Assembly: GCA_012729785.1 (NCBI GenBank)
Contig: JAAYCL010000014.1
Coordinates: forward strand, 25,964-89,963
From: Chlamydiota bacterium
GTDB lineage: Bacteria > Auribacterota > Tritonobacteria > UBA1439
Length of the DNA: 64,000 nucleotides
Reading direction: 5' to 3'
This document shows, in pieces, positions 17,828-26,812 of the stretch; position 1 is the stretch's first letter; every line of letters begins with the position of its first letter. A model generated the notes under the pieces. That model saw nothing but the letters and a program-made list of their open reading frames with translations. It was not told the origin of the DNA and did not search any database. The position numbers were made by a program, and so were the translations under genes.

Positions 17828-18520
17828 ATGCATATCGGACTGTGCGCCGCCTGCTGCGCGGCGCTGGTCGCAGGCGCGGCCGCGGCGGATCCGCCCGCCG
17901 CGCCGCCCGCGGCCGTCTCCGCCGCCCCGGCCGCCCGCTACACGGCCGCGGACTGTTCGCGCCTCAACGGGATCCCCGGCCTGCCCGATGCGCTTCTCTC
18001 GATGCACGTCACGCTCTACCAGGGGTACGTGAAGAACGCCAATCTTCTGGCGGAGAAGCTGACGGCTCTCTCCGCCGCCGGGGGCGGCCGCTCGCCCGAG
18101 TATGCCGAGCTGAAGCGGCGTTTCGGCTGGGAGTACGACGGGATGCGTCTGCACGAGCTCTACTTCGAGAACATCTGCTCCCGGCGCGAGGCGCTCGACC
18201 CGAAGGGCCCGCTCGCCCGGCGCCTCGCGAGCGACTTCGGGAGCGTGGAGGCGTGGAGGAAGGAGTTCGTCGACACGGGGATGATGCGCGGCATCGGCTG
18301 GGCGGCGCTCGTCGACGACCCGCGGAGCGGCCGGCTGACGAACGTCTGGATCGGCGAGCACGATGTCGGGCATCTCGCGGGGGCTCGCATCGTACTCATC
18401 GCGGACGTCTTCGAGCACGCGTTCATCACGGAGTTCAAGCTCGACCGGGCGAAGTACCTCGAGGCGTTCCTCGCCGCCGTCGACTGGAAGGCGGCGGAGA
18501 AGCGTCTCGGCGCGCGGTAA
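17828..18520 (+). CDS. exported Fe/Mn superoxide dismutase family protein
   Basis: GGAGGG RBS and signal peptide MHIGLCAACCAALVAGAAAA. SOD-like blocks HVTLYQGYVKNAN, GIGWAALVDD, DVFEHAF. Confidence 0.6.
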   Translation: MHIGLCAACCAALVAGAAAADPPAAPPAAVSAAPAARYTAADCSRLNGIPGLPDALLSMHVTLYQGYVKNANLLAEKLTALSAAGGGRSPEYAELKRRFGWEYDGMRLHELYFENICSRREALDPKGPLARRLASDFGSVEAWRKEFVDTGMMRGIGWAALVDDPRSGRLTNVWIGEHDVGHLAGARIVLIADVFEHAFITEFKLDRAKYLEAFLAAVDWKAAEKRLGAR

Positions 18521-18832
18521 CGCGGAGACACTCTTTGCAGGGCACACGCGGGGAAGCGGTCGCGAAGTGGACATTCCACGGGTGAACGCGCCATTCCGCC
18601 CCGGGTTTTTCACTGTGCCCTGTGCCGCGGCGGGGCGAGAAGCGGGATCTGAAGAGTGTCCCCGCGTTGTAGTTCCGGTTCTCTCACGTCGTATCTGGTC
18701 TTTCCCCCATCAGAGGGGGGGATGTGGCATAACCCAAGCAAAACGCCAGAGATCCATTTTTCCGTTGCACCCCGCTGCGGGCGGGAGTAAGATCAGCCGG
18801 GCGTGCGGTCGGTCGGGAGAGGAGGGGAGGGT

Positions 18833-20338
18833 ATGAAGAGAATTGTCGCGGCGTTGGCGGTGCTGGTGCTCGCGTCGGGGGCCGCGCAAGCGGGACCGGT
18901 GTGGCCGATGCAGGGGCAGAACCCGCAGCGCACGGGGCAGAGCCCGTTCGCGGGTCCCACGAGACCCGTGCTTCACTGGACCTACCTGACCGGGGGCATC
19001 TACAACTCCCCCGCCATCGGCTCGGACGGGACGGTGTACTTCGGCTCCCAGGACAACCGGCTCTACGCCGTGAACTCATCCGGGGGGCACAGGTGGACGT
19101 ACCACACCGGCGGCGGCATCTACAACTCCCCCGCCATCGGCTCGGACGGGACGGTGTACGTCGGGTCGCTCGACAATCGTTTCTACGCCGTCAACTCCGC
19201 CGGGATGCTCAGGTGGTCGTACTCGACCGGCCCGATATCCTCCGCATCATCCCCCGCCATCGGCTCGGACGGGACGATCTACGTCGGGTCGGACTACGAC
19301 GTCGGGTCGGACTATTGCCAGTTCTATGCATTCAATTCGAGAGGGACGTGTCGCTGGAGCTACCAGATGCCCGGGATGTCGTCCGGTGTCCCCAAATCCC
19401 CGGCGATCGGCTCGGACGGGACGGTGTACGTCGGCTCCATGGCCAACCGGCTGTACGCCTTCAACTCGAACGGGGCCGTCAGGTGGTCGTACAGCACAGG
19501 CGCCCAGCCCTCCGGCCAGTCGATCGGGCCTGACGGGACGGTCTACGTCGGATTCGACGACAACCGGCTCTACGCCTTCAAATCCAACGGCGCGCGCAGC
19601 TGGTCGTATATGATGGGCAAACACGCCTATTCTTCCCCCGCCATCGGGTCCGACGGGACGGTCTACGTCGGGTCGTACGACAACCGCCTCTACGCGTTCC
19701 ATTTCAGCGGGGGCTTCAGGTGGACGTACCGCACCGGCGGCACCGTCGAATCGTCCCCCGCCATCGGCTCGGACGGGACGGTGTACTTCGGCTCCACGGA
19801 CAACCGGCTCTACGCCTGCAACTCCATTGGGACGCTCAGGTGGTCCTACACGGCGACCGCTCTCGTCGAGGCGTGTGGCCCCGCCATCGGCTCGGACGGG
19901 ACGATCTACTTCGGGACGGGGGACAACCGACTCTGGTCCGTGGGCGTGCCGACGACGCCGACGCCGACCCCCGTGCCGCCGGCGCAGGTGGACGTCAGCG
20001 GAAGCACGGTCTCGCCGGGCGACACGCTCAGCGCCGTCTTCCGGACCAACCAGCCGATCTCGCAACCGTTCACCGCGTACGCGGTCGTCATATTCCCCGA
20101 CGGCGCGACGATGGTGAACGTCCTCGACTTCAGCACGGCATTGAAGCCGGTGGCGAGCGACGTGCAGGGGCTTCCGGCAGGGTTCGAGTACACGCTCATA
20201 AACAACCTCGTCATCCCGGGGACGATTCCCCCGGGCCGATACGAGATCGTGGCGGCGTTCTTCACGCCGGGTCGGCCGATCACGAGCCGGGACGACGCCT
20301 TCTACCAGGCGAGCGTGTTCGTGACAGTGCAGCGGTAG
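18833..20338 (+). CDS. PQQ-type beta-propeller repeat protein, secreted
   Basis: Signal peptide MKRIVAALAVLVLASGAAQA, then eight repeats SPAIGSDGTVYVGSxDNRLYAxNSxGxxRWSY, and a C-terminal beta-sandwich-like tail. Confidence 0.8.
   Translation: MKRIVAALAVLVLASGAAQAGPVWPMQGQNPQRTGQSPFAGPTRPVLHWTYLTGGIYNSPAIGSDGTVYFGSQDNRLYAVNSSGGHRWTYHTGGGIYNSPAIGSDGTVYVGSLDNRFYAVNSAGMLRWSYSTGPISSASSPAIGSDGTIYVGSDYDVGSDYCQFYAFNSRGTCRWSYQMPGMSSGVPKSPAIGSDGTVYVGSMANRLYAFNSNGAVRWSYSTGAQPSGQSIGPDGTVYVGFDDNRLYAFKSNGARSWSYMMGKHAYSSPAIGSDGTVYVGSYDNRLYAFHFSGGFRWTYRTGGTVESSPAIGSDGTVYFGSTDNRLYACNSIGTLRWSYTATALVEACGPAIGSDGTIYFGTGDNRLWSVGVPTTPTPTPVPPAQVDVSGSTVSPGDTLSAVFRTNQPISQPFTAYAVVIFPDGATMVNVLDFSTALKPVASDVQGLPAGFEYTLINNLVIPGTIPPGRYEIVAAFFTPGRPITSRDDAFYQASVFVTVQR
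18990..19930 (+). repeat. tandem blade-encoding repeats of about 120 bp (8 copies) inside the propeller gene
   Basis: Near-identical DNA blocks such as ctcccccgccatcggctcggacgggacggtgtac recur at intervals of about 120 nt. Confidence 0.8.
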
Positions 20339-20467
20339 CCGAGTTCGGGGCGCTCTTCACGGCACACACGAAGCCGGCGGGATGCAGGGTGCGCGTCCCC
20401 CGGGGGTGCGATGGCAGCGAAGACGCTGTATGCAACTGTTTCCGCACGAATGTGGTATGGCATTATT

Positions 20468-20530
20468 CGTCCCGGGGACGATTAAATCCGTAAGATGTTG
20501 AAGCGGTGAGTGTTGTATACAACGTCTGCG
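20468..20530 (+). repeat. copy A of a repeated AT-rich intergenic element, ending in the 12-bp palindrome GTTGTATACAAC
   Basis: CGTCCCGGGGACGATTAAA...GTGAGTGTTGTATACAACGTCT is homologous to the reverse complement of 28840..28902. Confidence 0.6.
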
Positions 20531-20546
20531 TCGGGGAGGACGGCGC

Positions 20547-22097
20547 ATGATCCGCCCCGGTCCGTGCTCCATCAGCCGCAGGCCGTTCGTCGCCCCGTGC
20601 GGTCGCGGCCCCCGTGCACCCCTGGACGGGGCGGCGCCCGTTTTCTGGCGCCGGCCCGTCTTCCTGCGCCGGCCCCCTGTGCCGCGCCGTTTCCCCGCGG
20701 CCCCCGCGCCGTTTTCCCCCGCGTCGGATCCCGCGGTCCGGACGGCGCGGCGATTCCTCTCCCTCCACGCCGAAGCCCTCGGCGTCGATCCTCCCTGCCT
20801 CGTCTTCGTCCGCCTCTGGCGCACGCGCAGCGGCGCCCACGTCAGGTTCCAGCAGGTCCTCGACGGCGTCCCCGTCATAGGCGCGCTCCTCGACGTCCAC
20901 CTCGATGCCGCGGGGACGGCGACCGTCGTGACCGGCGCCTTCCACCGGGGGCTGAAGAGGAGCGGCGCCTTCCGAAAGGCGGGCATCGGCAAGAGGGAGG
21001 CGGCGCGGGTCGCGCGGGCGGACCTCGGGCGCGGCGCGCGGCTGCGGGCGGAGGAGGGGTGCGCGGAGCTGGTGTTCGTGGAGCGCCGGCACGCGCGGCG
21101 GGTCTACAAGGTGGTGCTCCCCGCGTCGCGGCCGCTCGGAAACTGGGTCTACCTCGTCGACGCCGCCACGGGCGCGATCCTCCGGAGCAGCAACACGATG
21201 CGCTTCGCCCGCGGCAGCGTCTTCCCGAGGAGCCCCGCGGAGGATCCCGCGCCGCGCGTTGTCCCGCTCGAGCGCCTCCGCGACCCGTTCCTCCTGGAGG
21301 GGACGCACGTCGCCGTCGTCAACGAGGATTGCCCCGAGGCGCGCGAGGAGGACGGGGAGTTCCTCTATGATCCCTCCGACACGCACTTCGACGAGGTGAT
21401 GGCGTACTACCATATCGACCGCGCGGCCGAGGCCTTCGGGCGCCTCGACCCCGGGATCGAGACCGCGCTGGCGACACGCGGGACGCTGCGCGTCCATGTG
21501 CACGCCGGGGAGCGGATGGAGAACGCCTGGTACGATCCGGCCACCCGCGCCATATACTTGGGCGACGGCGGCGGGCCGGGGCGGTTGAACGACCTCGCCA
21601 AGGAGGCGGCGGTGATCTGCCACGAGTACGCCCACGCCGTGCTCGACCGGGTCAATCCGCACCTGAAGGGGCCCGAGGCCGACGCGTTGCACGAGGGGTA
21701 CGCCGACTACTTCGGCTGTTCGCTCACCGGAGACCCCCTGATCGGGGAGTGGGTCGTCGCCGCCCGCGGCGAGCCGTGCCTCCGCAACCTGGGGAACCGC
21801 CTGCGCTACCCGCGCGACCTGTCGGGCGCGCCGCACGCGGACGGCGCGATATGGGCCGGGGCGTGCTGGGACCTTCGACGGGCGCTGGGGCCGGAGACGG
21901 CGGACGCGCTCGTCTACGAGAGCATGCATTTCCTGCCCGAGTTCGCGCGGTTCGCCGACGCGGCGACGGGGCTTGCGCAGGCCGCCGGGTGCGTCTTCGC
22001 CGGACGCCACCGGGGGCGGATCGCGGAGGCGCTGGCCGACAGGGGGTTCGGCGCCGACATCGAGAGGAGGCCGTTATGCGTGCCGCGCCATGCCTGA
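20547..22097 (+). CDS. M4 (thermolysin-like) zinc metalloprotease
   Basis: HExxH (VICHEYAHAV) plus the downstream EGYADYF motif; N-terminal propeptide-like region. True start is uncertain. Confidence 0.8.
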   Translation: MIRPGPCSISRRPFVAPCGRGPRAPLDGAAPVFWRRPVFLRRPPVPRRFPAAPAPFSPASDPAVRTARRFLSLHAEALGVDPPCLVFVRLWRTRSGAHVRFQQVLDGVPVIGALLDVHLDAAGTATVVTGAFHRGLKRSGAFRKAGIGKREAARVARADLGRGARLRAEEGCAELVFVERRHARRVYKVVLPASRPLGNWVYLVDAATGAILRSSNTMRFARGSVFPRSPAEDPAPRVVPLERLRDPFLLEGTHVAVVNEDCPEAREEDGEFLYDPSDTHFDEVMAYYHIDRAAEAFGRLDPGIETALATRGTLRVHVHAGERMENAWYDPATRAIYLGDGGGPGRLNDLAKEAAVICHEYAHAVLDRVNPHLKGPEADALHEGYADYFGCSLTGDPLIGEWVVAARGEPCLRNLGNRLRYPRDLSGAPHADGAIWAGACWDLRRALGPETADALVYESMHFLPEFARFADAATGLAQAAGCVFAGRHRGRIAEALADRGFGADIERRPLCVPRHA

Positions 22098-23062
22098 TCT
22101 TCGCGATGCTGCTCTCCGCGGCGCCCGCCAGTCACGAGCGCGACCTCGCCACACAGCTCCCGGCGGAGGTCGTGGACTACGTCGTGGCGGCCCGGCTCGA
22201 CGCCGGCCGAGCGGAGGAGTTGCTGAAGGAGCTGTTCCAGCGGCTGCGGATGCGGCCGCGTTACGCGCTCGCGGTCTTCCCGCTCCCCGGCGACGACCGG
22301 GCGCGTCTGATCTTCATCAAGGGGAAGGATGCCGACGTCGCGCTCGTCAAGAAGGCCCTCGTGGCGATGGACGCGGCGTCTCCCCCGGCGCAGGAGGAGG
22401 AGCGCGTTCCGCTGCTGCGGGTGGAAACGGGGGCGGCGGGGCCCGCGGAGATGCGGCGGCGGATCGTCGCGGCCGCCGCGCGCGCCCGTCTTTCGGTCGC
22501 GGACAAGGATCTGTTCATCTACCCGGAGGGGGTCGAGGGGGGGCTCTTCTTCACCGGGCCCGCGGCGCTCCAGGCCCCTGTCGCCGAGCTCGCCGAGGGG
22601 CTCGGGAAGAATCCGCTCCCCGGCGCCGCCGACGCGGCGCGGGACTGGCTCCTCGGGCTGGGCAGGGAGACCGCGAAATCGTTCGCGGCGCTTCTATCCG
22701 CGGCCCTCTCCGCCGCCGCGGTCCTGCTGCTCCACCTTCTCCTCTGCCGCCTGCCGCGCCTCGGCGCGCGCTACCGGAGATCGTTCCGCTTCTTCTGGGA
22801 GAGGCTGTTCGCGTCGTTCAAGGGGAAGGACCTCGCCTGGGAGATCATCAAGGCGGCGGCGGAGTTCGGGGCCGCCGCGGCCCTCCCGTCGCCGGAACGG
22901 ATGCGGGGCGCGGCGCCGCCGCGCGCGCAGGCGCTCGACGCCGCCCGCCGGTACGCGCGCTGGCGGGGCGTGAATCCGGACGAGCCGGAGATCGCGGGGC
23001 TGCTCGATGCGGCGGTGGAGGCGGCGGTGCATCGGGCCGTCCGCGGGGAGGGGCGGGGGTGA
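22076..23062 (+). CDS. hypothetical exported/membrane protein
   Basis: ATG with GAGAGGAGG RBS overlapping the end of the M4 gene. Signal peptide MRAAPCLIFAMLLSAAPASH and an internal TM helix. Alternative frames are Arg-rich. Confidence 0.45.
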   Translation: MRAAPCLIFAMLLSAAPASHERDLATQLPAEVVDYVVAARLDAGRAEELLKELFQRLRMRPRYALAVFPLPGDDRARLIFIKGKDADVALVKKALVAMDAASPPAQEEERVPLLRVETGAAGPAEMRRRIVAAAARARLSVADKDLFIYPEGVEGGLFFTGPAALQAPVAELAEGLGKNPLPGAADAARDWLLGLGRETAKSFAALLSAALSAAAVLLLHLLLCRLPRLGARYRRSFRFFWERLFASFKGKDLAWEIIKAAAEFGAAAALPSPERMRGAAPPRAQALDAARRYARWRGVNPDEPEIAGLLDAAVEAAVHRAVRGEGRG

Positions 23063-23113
23063 GGCGTCGAACGCGCGCCTTCGGCCCGCTGGGCGGCTCG
23101 GGGTGCGCGGGCC

Positions 23114-23647
23114 GTGTTACAATGGCGTTCCAGACCGGCAGGGGGGTGCGCAGTGGGGAGACCGGAAGCCGAGGAGAGACCGCTGGCCGTGGCGATCGCG
23201 GCGCTCGTCCACGAGGGGAGGATACTCCTGATCAGGCGGGCGCGGGGGGACTACCCGGGGCTCTGGGGTCTGCCCGGCGGGAAGATCGAATGCGGCGAGC
23301 ATCTGTCGGAGGCGGCGGAGCGGGAGATACGCGAGGAATGCGGCATCGAGGCGGCGTTCGTCCGGCACCTCGGCTGCGTCTCGGAGCATTTGGTGGAGGA
23401 GGGGCGGGTTAGGCGCCATTTCATCCTGCACGTTTGCGCGCTCGCACCTCGAGGCACGATGCTGCGCCCCGGCGCCGAGGGGGAGCTGCGCTGGTGCCCG
23501 CTGGAGGCGCTTGGGCCGATGCGCGGCGAGATCATCCCCAGCGATCTGCTCATCATCGAGCGGATGGTGGCGGGGGAGGGGAAAGGGTACTACGACTGCG
23601 TGCTCGAGAAGACCGGGGATGCCCACGTGTTGAAAAGATTCGTCTGA
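23114..23647 (+). CDS. NUDIX hydrolase
   Basis: Nudix box GGKIECGEHLSEAAEREIREECGI. Confidence 0.8.
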   Translation: MLQWRSRPAGGCAVGRPEAEERPLAVAIAALVHEGRILLIRRARGDYPGLWGLPGGKIECGEHLSEAAEREIREECGIEAAFVRHLGCVSEHLVEEGRVRRHFILHVCALAPRGTMLRPGAEGELRWCPLEALGPMRGEIIPSDLLIIERMVAGEGKGYYDCVLEKTGDAHVLKRFV

Positions 23648-23655
23648 GGGATCCG

Positions 23656-25563
23656 TCACTCCTCCGCGGGCTTGATCAGCGGGAGGATGACGGTGAACAC
23701 CGTGTCGCGCCCTTCGAGGCTCATCACCTCGATCTTCCCGCCGTGCTCCCTGACGATCCCGTGGGCGATGCTCAAACCAAGCCCGGTGCCCTGCCCGAAC
23801 TCCTTCGTGCTGAAATACGGGACGAAGATCTTCTCGATCCGGTCGGGCGGGATGTGGGGGCCGTTGTTGGCGATGGCGATCTCGGCGGCGCCGTTTTGGT
23901 GGCGGCTCGTCACCGTGATCAGGCGCTCCCCGTCTTTCTCCATCAGGGCGTGGTGCGCGTTGGTGAGGATGTTGACGAAGACCTGCTGCAGCTGGTTGGA
24001 ATCGAGCATCCCCTTCCGGATCGACGGGTCGAGGCGGGTCTGCACGCGTATCCCGTTGGCGATGAACTGGTGCGCCTTCAGGTCGATCGCGAGGCCGACG
24101 ATCTCGTTCACCGAGGCGCAGACGCGTCGCAGCGGCGGCTTGCGGGAGAAGGTGAGAAGATTCCTCACCAGGTACTGGCACCGGAGCGCCTCCTTGTGGA
24201 GGCGGTCGATGTCCTCCTTGAGTTCCGCCGGGGCGTCATGCTGTCGAAGGATCTCGGCGTACCCGAGGACGCCGGTGAGGGGGTTGTTCAGTTCGTGGGC
24301 GATGCCGGAGATGAGTTCGCCGAGGGCCGAGAGCTTCTCCTTCTGTATCAGTTCCTCCTCGATCTGCTTGCGCCGCGTGATCTCCTCGGAGATCCCCGCG
24401 TAGCCGATCAGTTTCCCCGTCTCGTCCCTGATGGTGCACATCCGCAGCGAGACCGGGAACACCTCGCCTGATTTTCTCCGGTCGAAGATCTCCCCCTCCC
24501 AGAGGCCGTTCCTCGCCTCGCGGGCGATGCGGCCGGAGAGATCGGGCGGGTTTCCGGGGACGCCCTCGAAGAAATCGGCGGAGCGCATCCCGAGCATCTC
24601 CTCCGCCCGGTAGCCGAGCATCTTTTGCACGGCGGGGTTGGCGTAGACGATCCGGCGGTTGAGGTCCATGATCATCACGCTCGCCGACGTGTTCTCGATG
24701 ACGCTGGCGAGCTGCCGCATATGCCGCTCGATGATGAGACGTTGGGAGATGTCGCGGCAGATGGCGAGGACGATCCGCCTGCCGCGGAAGTCGACTGCGC
24801 TCGCGCTGACGTCGGCGACGAAATGCGCCCCGGTCTTCCTGAGCATCTCGATCTGGGCGGATGCGCGGGAGCTCCCCTCGTCATCGCCCAGGCGCCGCAG
24901 GATCCCGGCGAACTCCCCCGGGGCGTAGAGCTCGGAGTTCTTCAGGCCGAGGAGCTCCTCCGCGGAGTAGCCGGTCATCGTCTCCGCCATCCGGTTCGCC
25001 GTGAGGATCCGGTCCGCCTGTGGGTCGATGGTGAATATCGCGTCGTTCGCCCGTTCCATCAGGAGCCGGTGGAGGATCTCGGACTCCTTGAGCTCGGCGG
25101 TCTTTTCCGCCACGAGGGTCTTGAGCCCGGTCGTGTATTCGCTGATCACCGCCTGGGCCTTCCGCTTTGCCGTGATGTCGGTGAGGAGCTGGATGACGGC
25201 CCGGCCGCCGTCGGGCATCAGGAACGGGCTCGCGGAGGATTCGTAGAGACGCCCCTTCTGATCGCGCATCACACAGCTGAAGGACTCCTTCCCCTCGTGC
25301 AGGATCGCCGTGATCGGGCAGGAGGGGCAGCTGCTCGTTCGCCCGGCGATGGCGGCGTAGCACTTCCGGCCGACGAGATCCCCGTAGCGTCCGCGCAGCC
25401 TGGCGTTGTTGTAGAGGATGGTATGGGAGGCGTCCTCTATCAGGACAAAACAGCCGACGGCGTCAAATATCTCGAGGGGGGCGCGCGGCGGCCCGGCCTT
25501 GGGCGCCGTGGGGCGCGCGGGACCGGGGCGCTTCGTCCGCGAAATCCTGGAAGAGGTGCGCAT
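23656..25563 (-). CDS. PAS-domain sensor histidine kinase
   Basis: Multiple PAS segments, H-box HELNNPLTGVLGYAEIL, HATPase_c GTGLGLSIAHGIVREHGG. The first 31 codons of the track ORF are translated tandem repeat, so the start was moved to the ATG at 25563. Confidence 0.85.
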   Translation of the reverse strand: MRTSSRISRTKRPGPARPTAPKAGPPRAPLEIFDAVGCFVLIEDASHTILYNNARLRGRYGDLVGRKCYAAIAGRTSSCPSCPITAILHEGKESFSCVMRDQKGRLYESSASPFLMPDGGRAVIQLLTDITAKRKAQAVISEYTTGLKTLVAEKTAELKESEILHRLLMERANDAIFTIDPQADRILTANRMAETMTGYSAEELLGLKNSELYAPGEFAGILRRLGDDEGSSRASAQIEMLRKTGAHFVADVSASAVDFRGRRIVLAICRDISQRLIIERHMRQLASVIENTSASVMIMDLNRRIVYANPAVQKMLGYRAEEMLGMRSADFFEGVPGNPPDLSGRIAREARNGLWEGEIFDRRKSGEVFPVSLRMCTIRDETGKLIGYAGISEEITRRKQIEEELIQKEKLSALGELISGIAHELNNPLTGVLGYAEILRQHDAPAELKEDIDRLHKEALRCQYLVRNLLTFSRKPPLRRVCASVNEIVGLAIDLKAHQFIANGIRVQTRLDPSIRKGMLDSNQLQQVFVNILTNAHHALMEKDGERLITVTSRHQNGAAEIAIANNGPHIPPDRIEKIFVPYFSTKEFGQGTGLGLSIAHGIVREHGGKIEVMSLEGRDTVFTVILPLIKPAEE

Positions 25564-25614
25564 ACGCGATTTGAGGTTGAAAAAGTATATACGAGCGCCG
25601 CAAGGCGGGTCAAC

Positions 25615-25660
25615 GAAAAGCGCATTCACGAAAAGCGCATTCCCTGAAAAGCGCATTCCC
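25615..25660. repeat. three tandem copies of GAAAAGCGCATTC(A/C)C (period 15-16)
   Basis: Read directly from the intergenic sequence between the histidine kinase (-) and the CPBP protease (+). Confidence 0.8.
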
Positions 25661-25671
25661 CGTCCCGTTCC

Positions 25672-25700
25672 CGGCGACGGCGATCTGGCGACGGCGATCT
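25672..25700. repeat. two tandem copies of GGCGACGGCGATCT
   Basis: Read directly; adjacent to the repeat cluster above. Confidence 0.7.
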
Positions 25701-25745
25701 TGCCCGCGCCGCCGCGCGGATGCTACCATCGTCGTCCGCTCAGCC

Positions 25746-26759
25746 ATGGAGTTGCCGATGCCCGATCCGACCCGGTCCGCCCGATACTGGGGCGCCGTGC
25801 TCGTCTGCGCCTGCATCGCCGTCGGGGGGGCGCTCGCGCCGCGCGCCCCCGTTCCCGCGGATGCGCCCGCCCGCCGCGCCGTTCCCGGAGAGGAGGAGAT
25901 GCTCCGCCTCTTCGAAAAGGCGGTCTCCGAGCGGCCGCTCGTGAGGCACCTGTCGCTCCTCTTCGCCGGCGCCGTGGTTGCGGGGCTGCTCATCGACGTC
26001 AAGGTTGCCGCGCGCCTCCTCCGCCGGCGTCTTGCGCCGGCCGGGACCCCGGGGGAGGGGTGGGGAATCGGCGAGGTGCTGAAGGCGGCGCTCCTCTTTC
26101 TCTCCGTCTTCCTCGCCCTGCAGGCGCTCGCGCCGCTGTTCCGGCGGCTTTTTGGCGGCCCCTCGGAGGTCACGCTCCAGGTCGCCTTCCAGTTCTTGGC
26201 GGAACTCGCCGCGGTCGCGTACATCCTCGTATCCGTCCGGCCGGGGCCGCGCGGGCCGCTCGCGGGGCTCGGGCTCGGGGCCGGGCGGCCGCTCCCGGCG
26301 GCGTGGGCCGGCGTGAAGGCGTACGCCGGGTTCCTCCCGGTCCTGCTCTGCCTCGTCGTGATCAGCCGCATCGCCGCAGAGCGGACGGGCGTCGCGGTCG
26401 AGCCGCAGGCGCCGCTCGGGCTCTTCTTCGCCGATCTGTCGGGCCCCGCCCTGGTATTCCTGGCGGCGTTCGTGGCCGTCATCGGCCCGGTCTTCGAGGA
26501 GATCTTCTTCCGTGGCTTCGCCTACCAGGCGGTCAGGCGGCGGTGGGGGCGGCTGCCGGCCGTGCTCCTGACCGCGCTCCTCTTCTCCGCCCTCCACGCC
26601 AACGCCGCGGTCTTCCTGCCGATCCTCGGCCTCGGCGTCGTCCTGGCCTCCGTCTTCGAGACGACGGGGTCGCTCGTGGCGCCGATCGCGGTCCACCTCT
26701 GCCAGAACGGCGCGGCGGTTGCGGCGGCCCTCCTGCTCCGCTCCATTGCATCCCCCTGA
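25746..26759 (+). CDS. CPBP-family intramembrane metalloprotease (CAAX protease)
   Basis: Multi-TM protein with EEIFFRG and FSALHAN motifs. Confidence 0.8.
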   Translation: MELPMPDPTRSARYWGAVLVCACIAVGGALAPRAPVPADAPARRAVPGEEEMLRLFEKAVSERPLVRHLSLLFAGAVVAGLLIDVKVAARLLRRRLAPAGTPGEGWGIGEVLKAALLFLSVFLALQALAPLFRRLFGGPSEVTLQVAFQFLAELAAVAYILVSVRPGPRGPLAGLGLGAGRPLPAAWAGVKAYAGFLPVLLCLVVISRIAAERTGVAVEPQAPLGLFFADLSGPALVFLAAFVAVIGPVFEEIFFRGFAYQAVRRRWGRLPAVLLTALLFSALHANAAVFLPILGLGVVLASVFETTGSLVAPIAVHLCQNGAAVAAALLLRSIASP

Positions 26760-26812
26760 CTGTGCTACAATCGGTTCTCGACAGTCCGGCATCTCGACCG
26801 CATGGAGGCCGT

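Noticed and set aside
23117-24181. 354-aa minus-strand ORF over the NUDIX gene and the histidine kinase end
   Set aside because: Antisense, Arg/Pro-rich.
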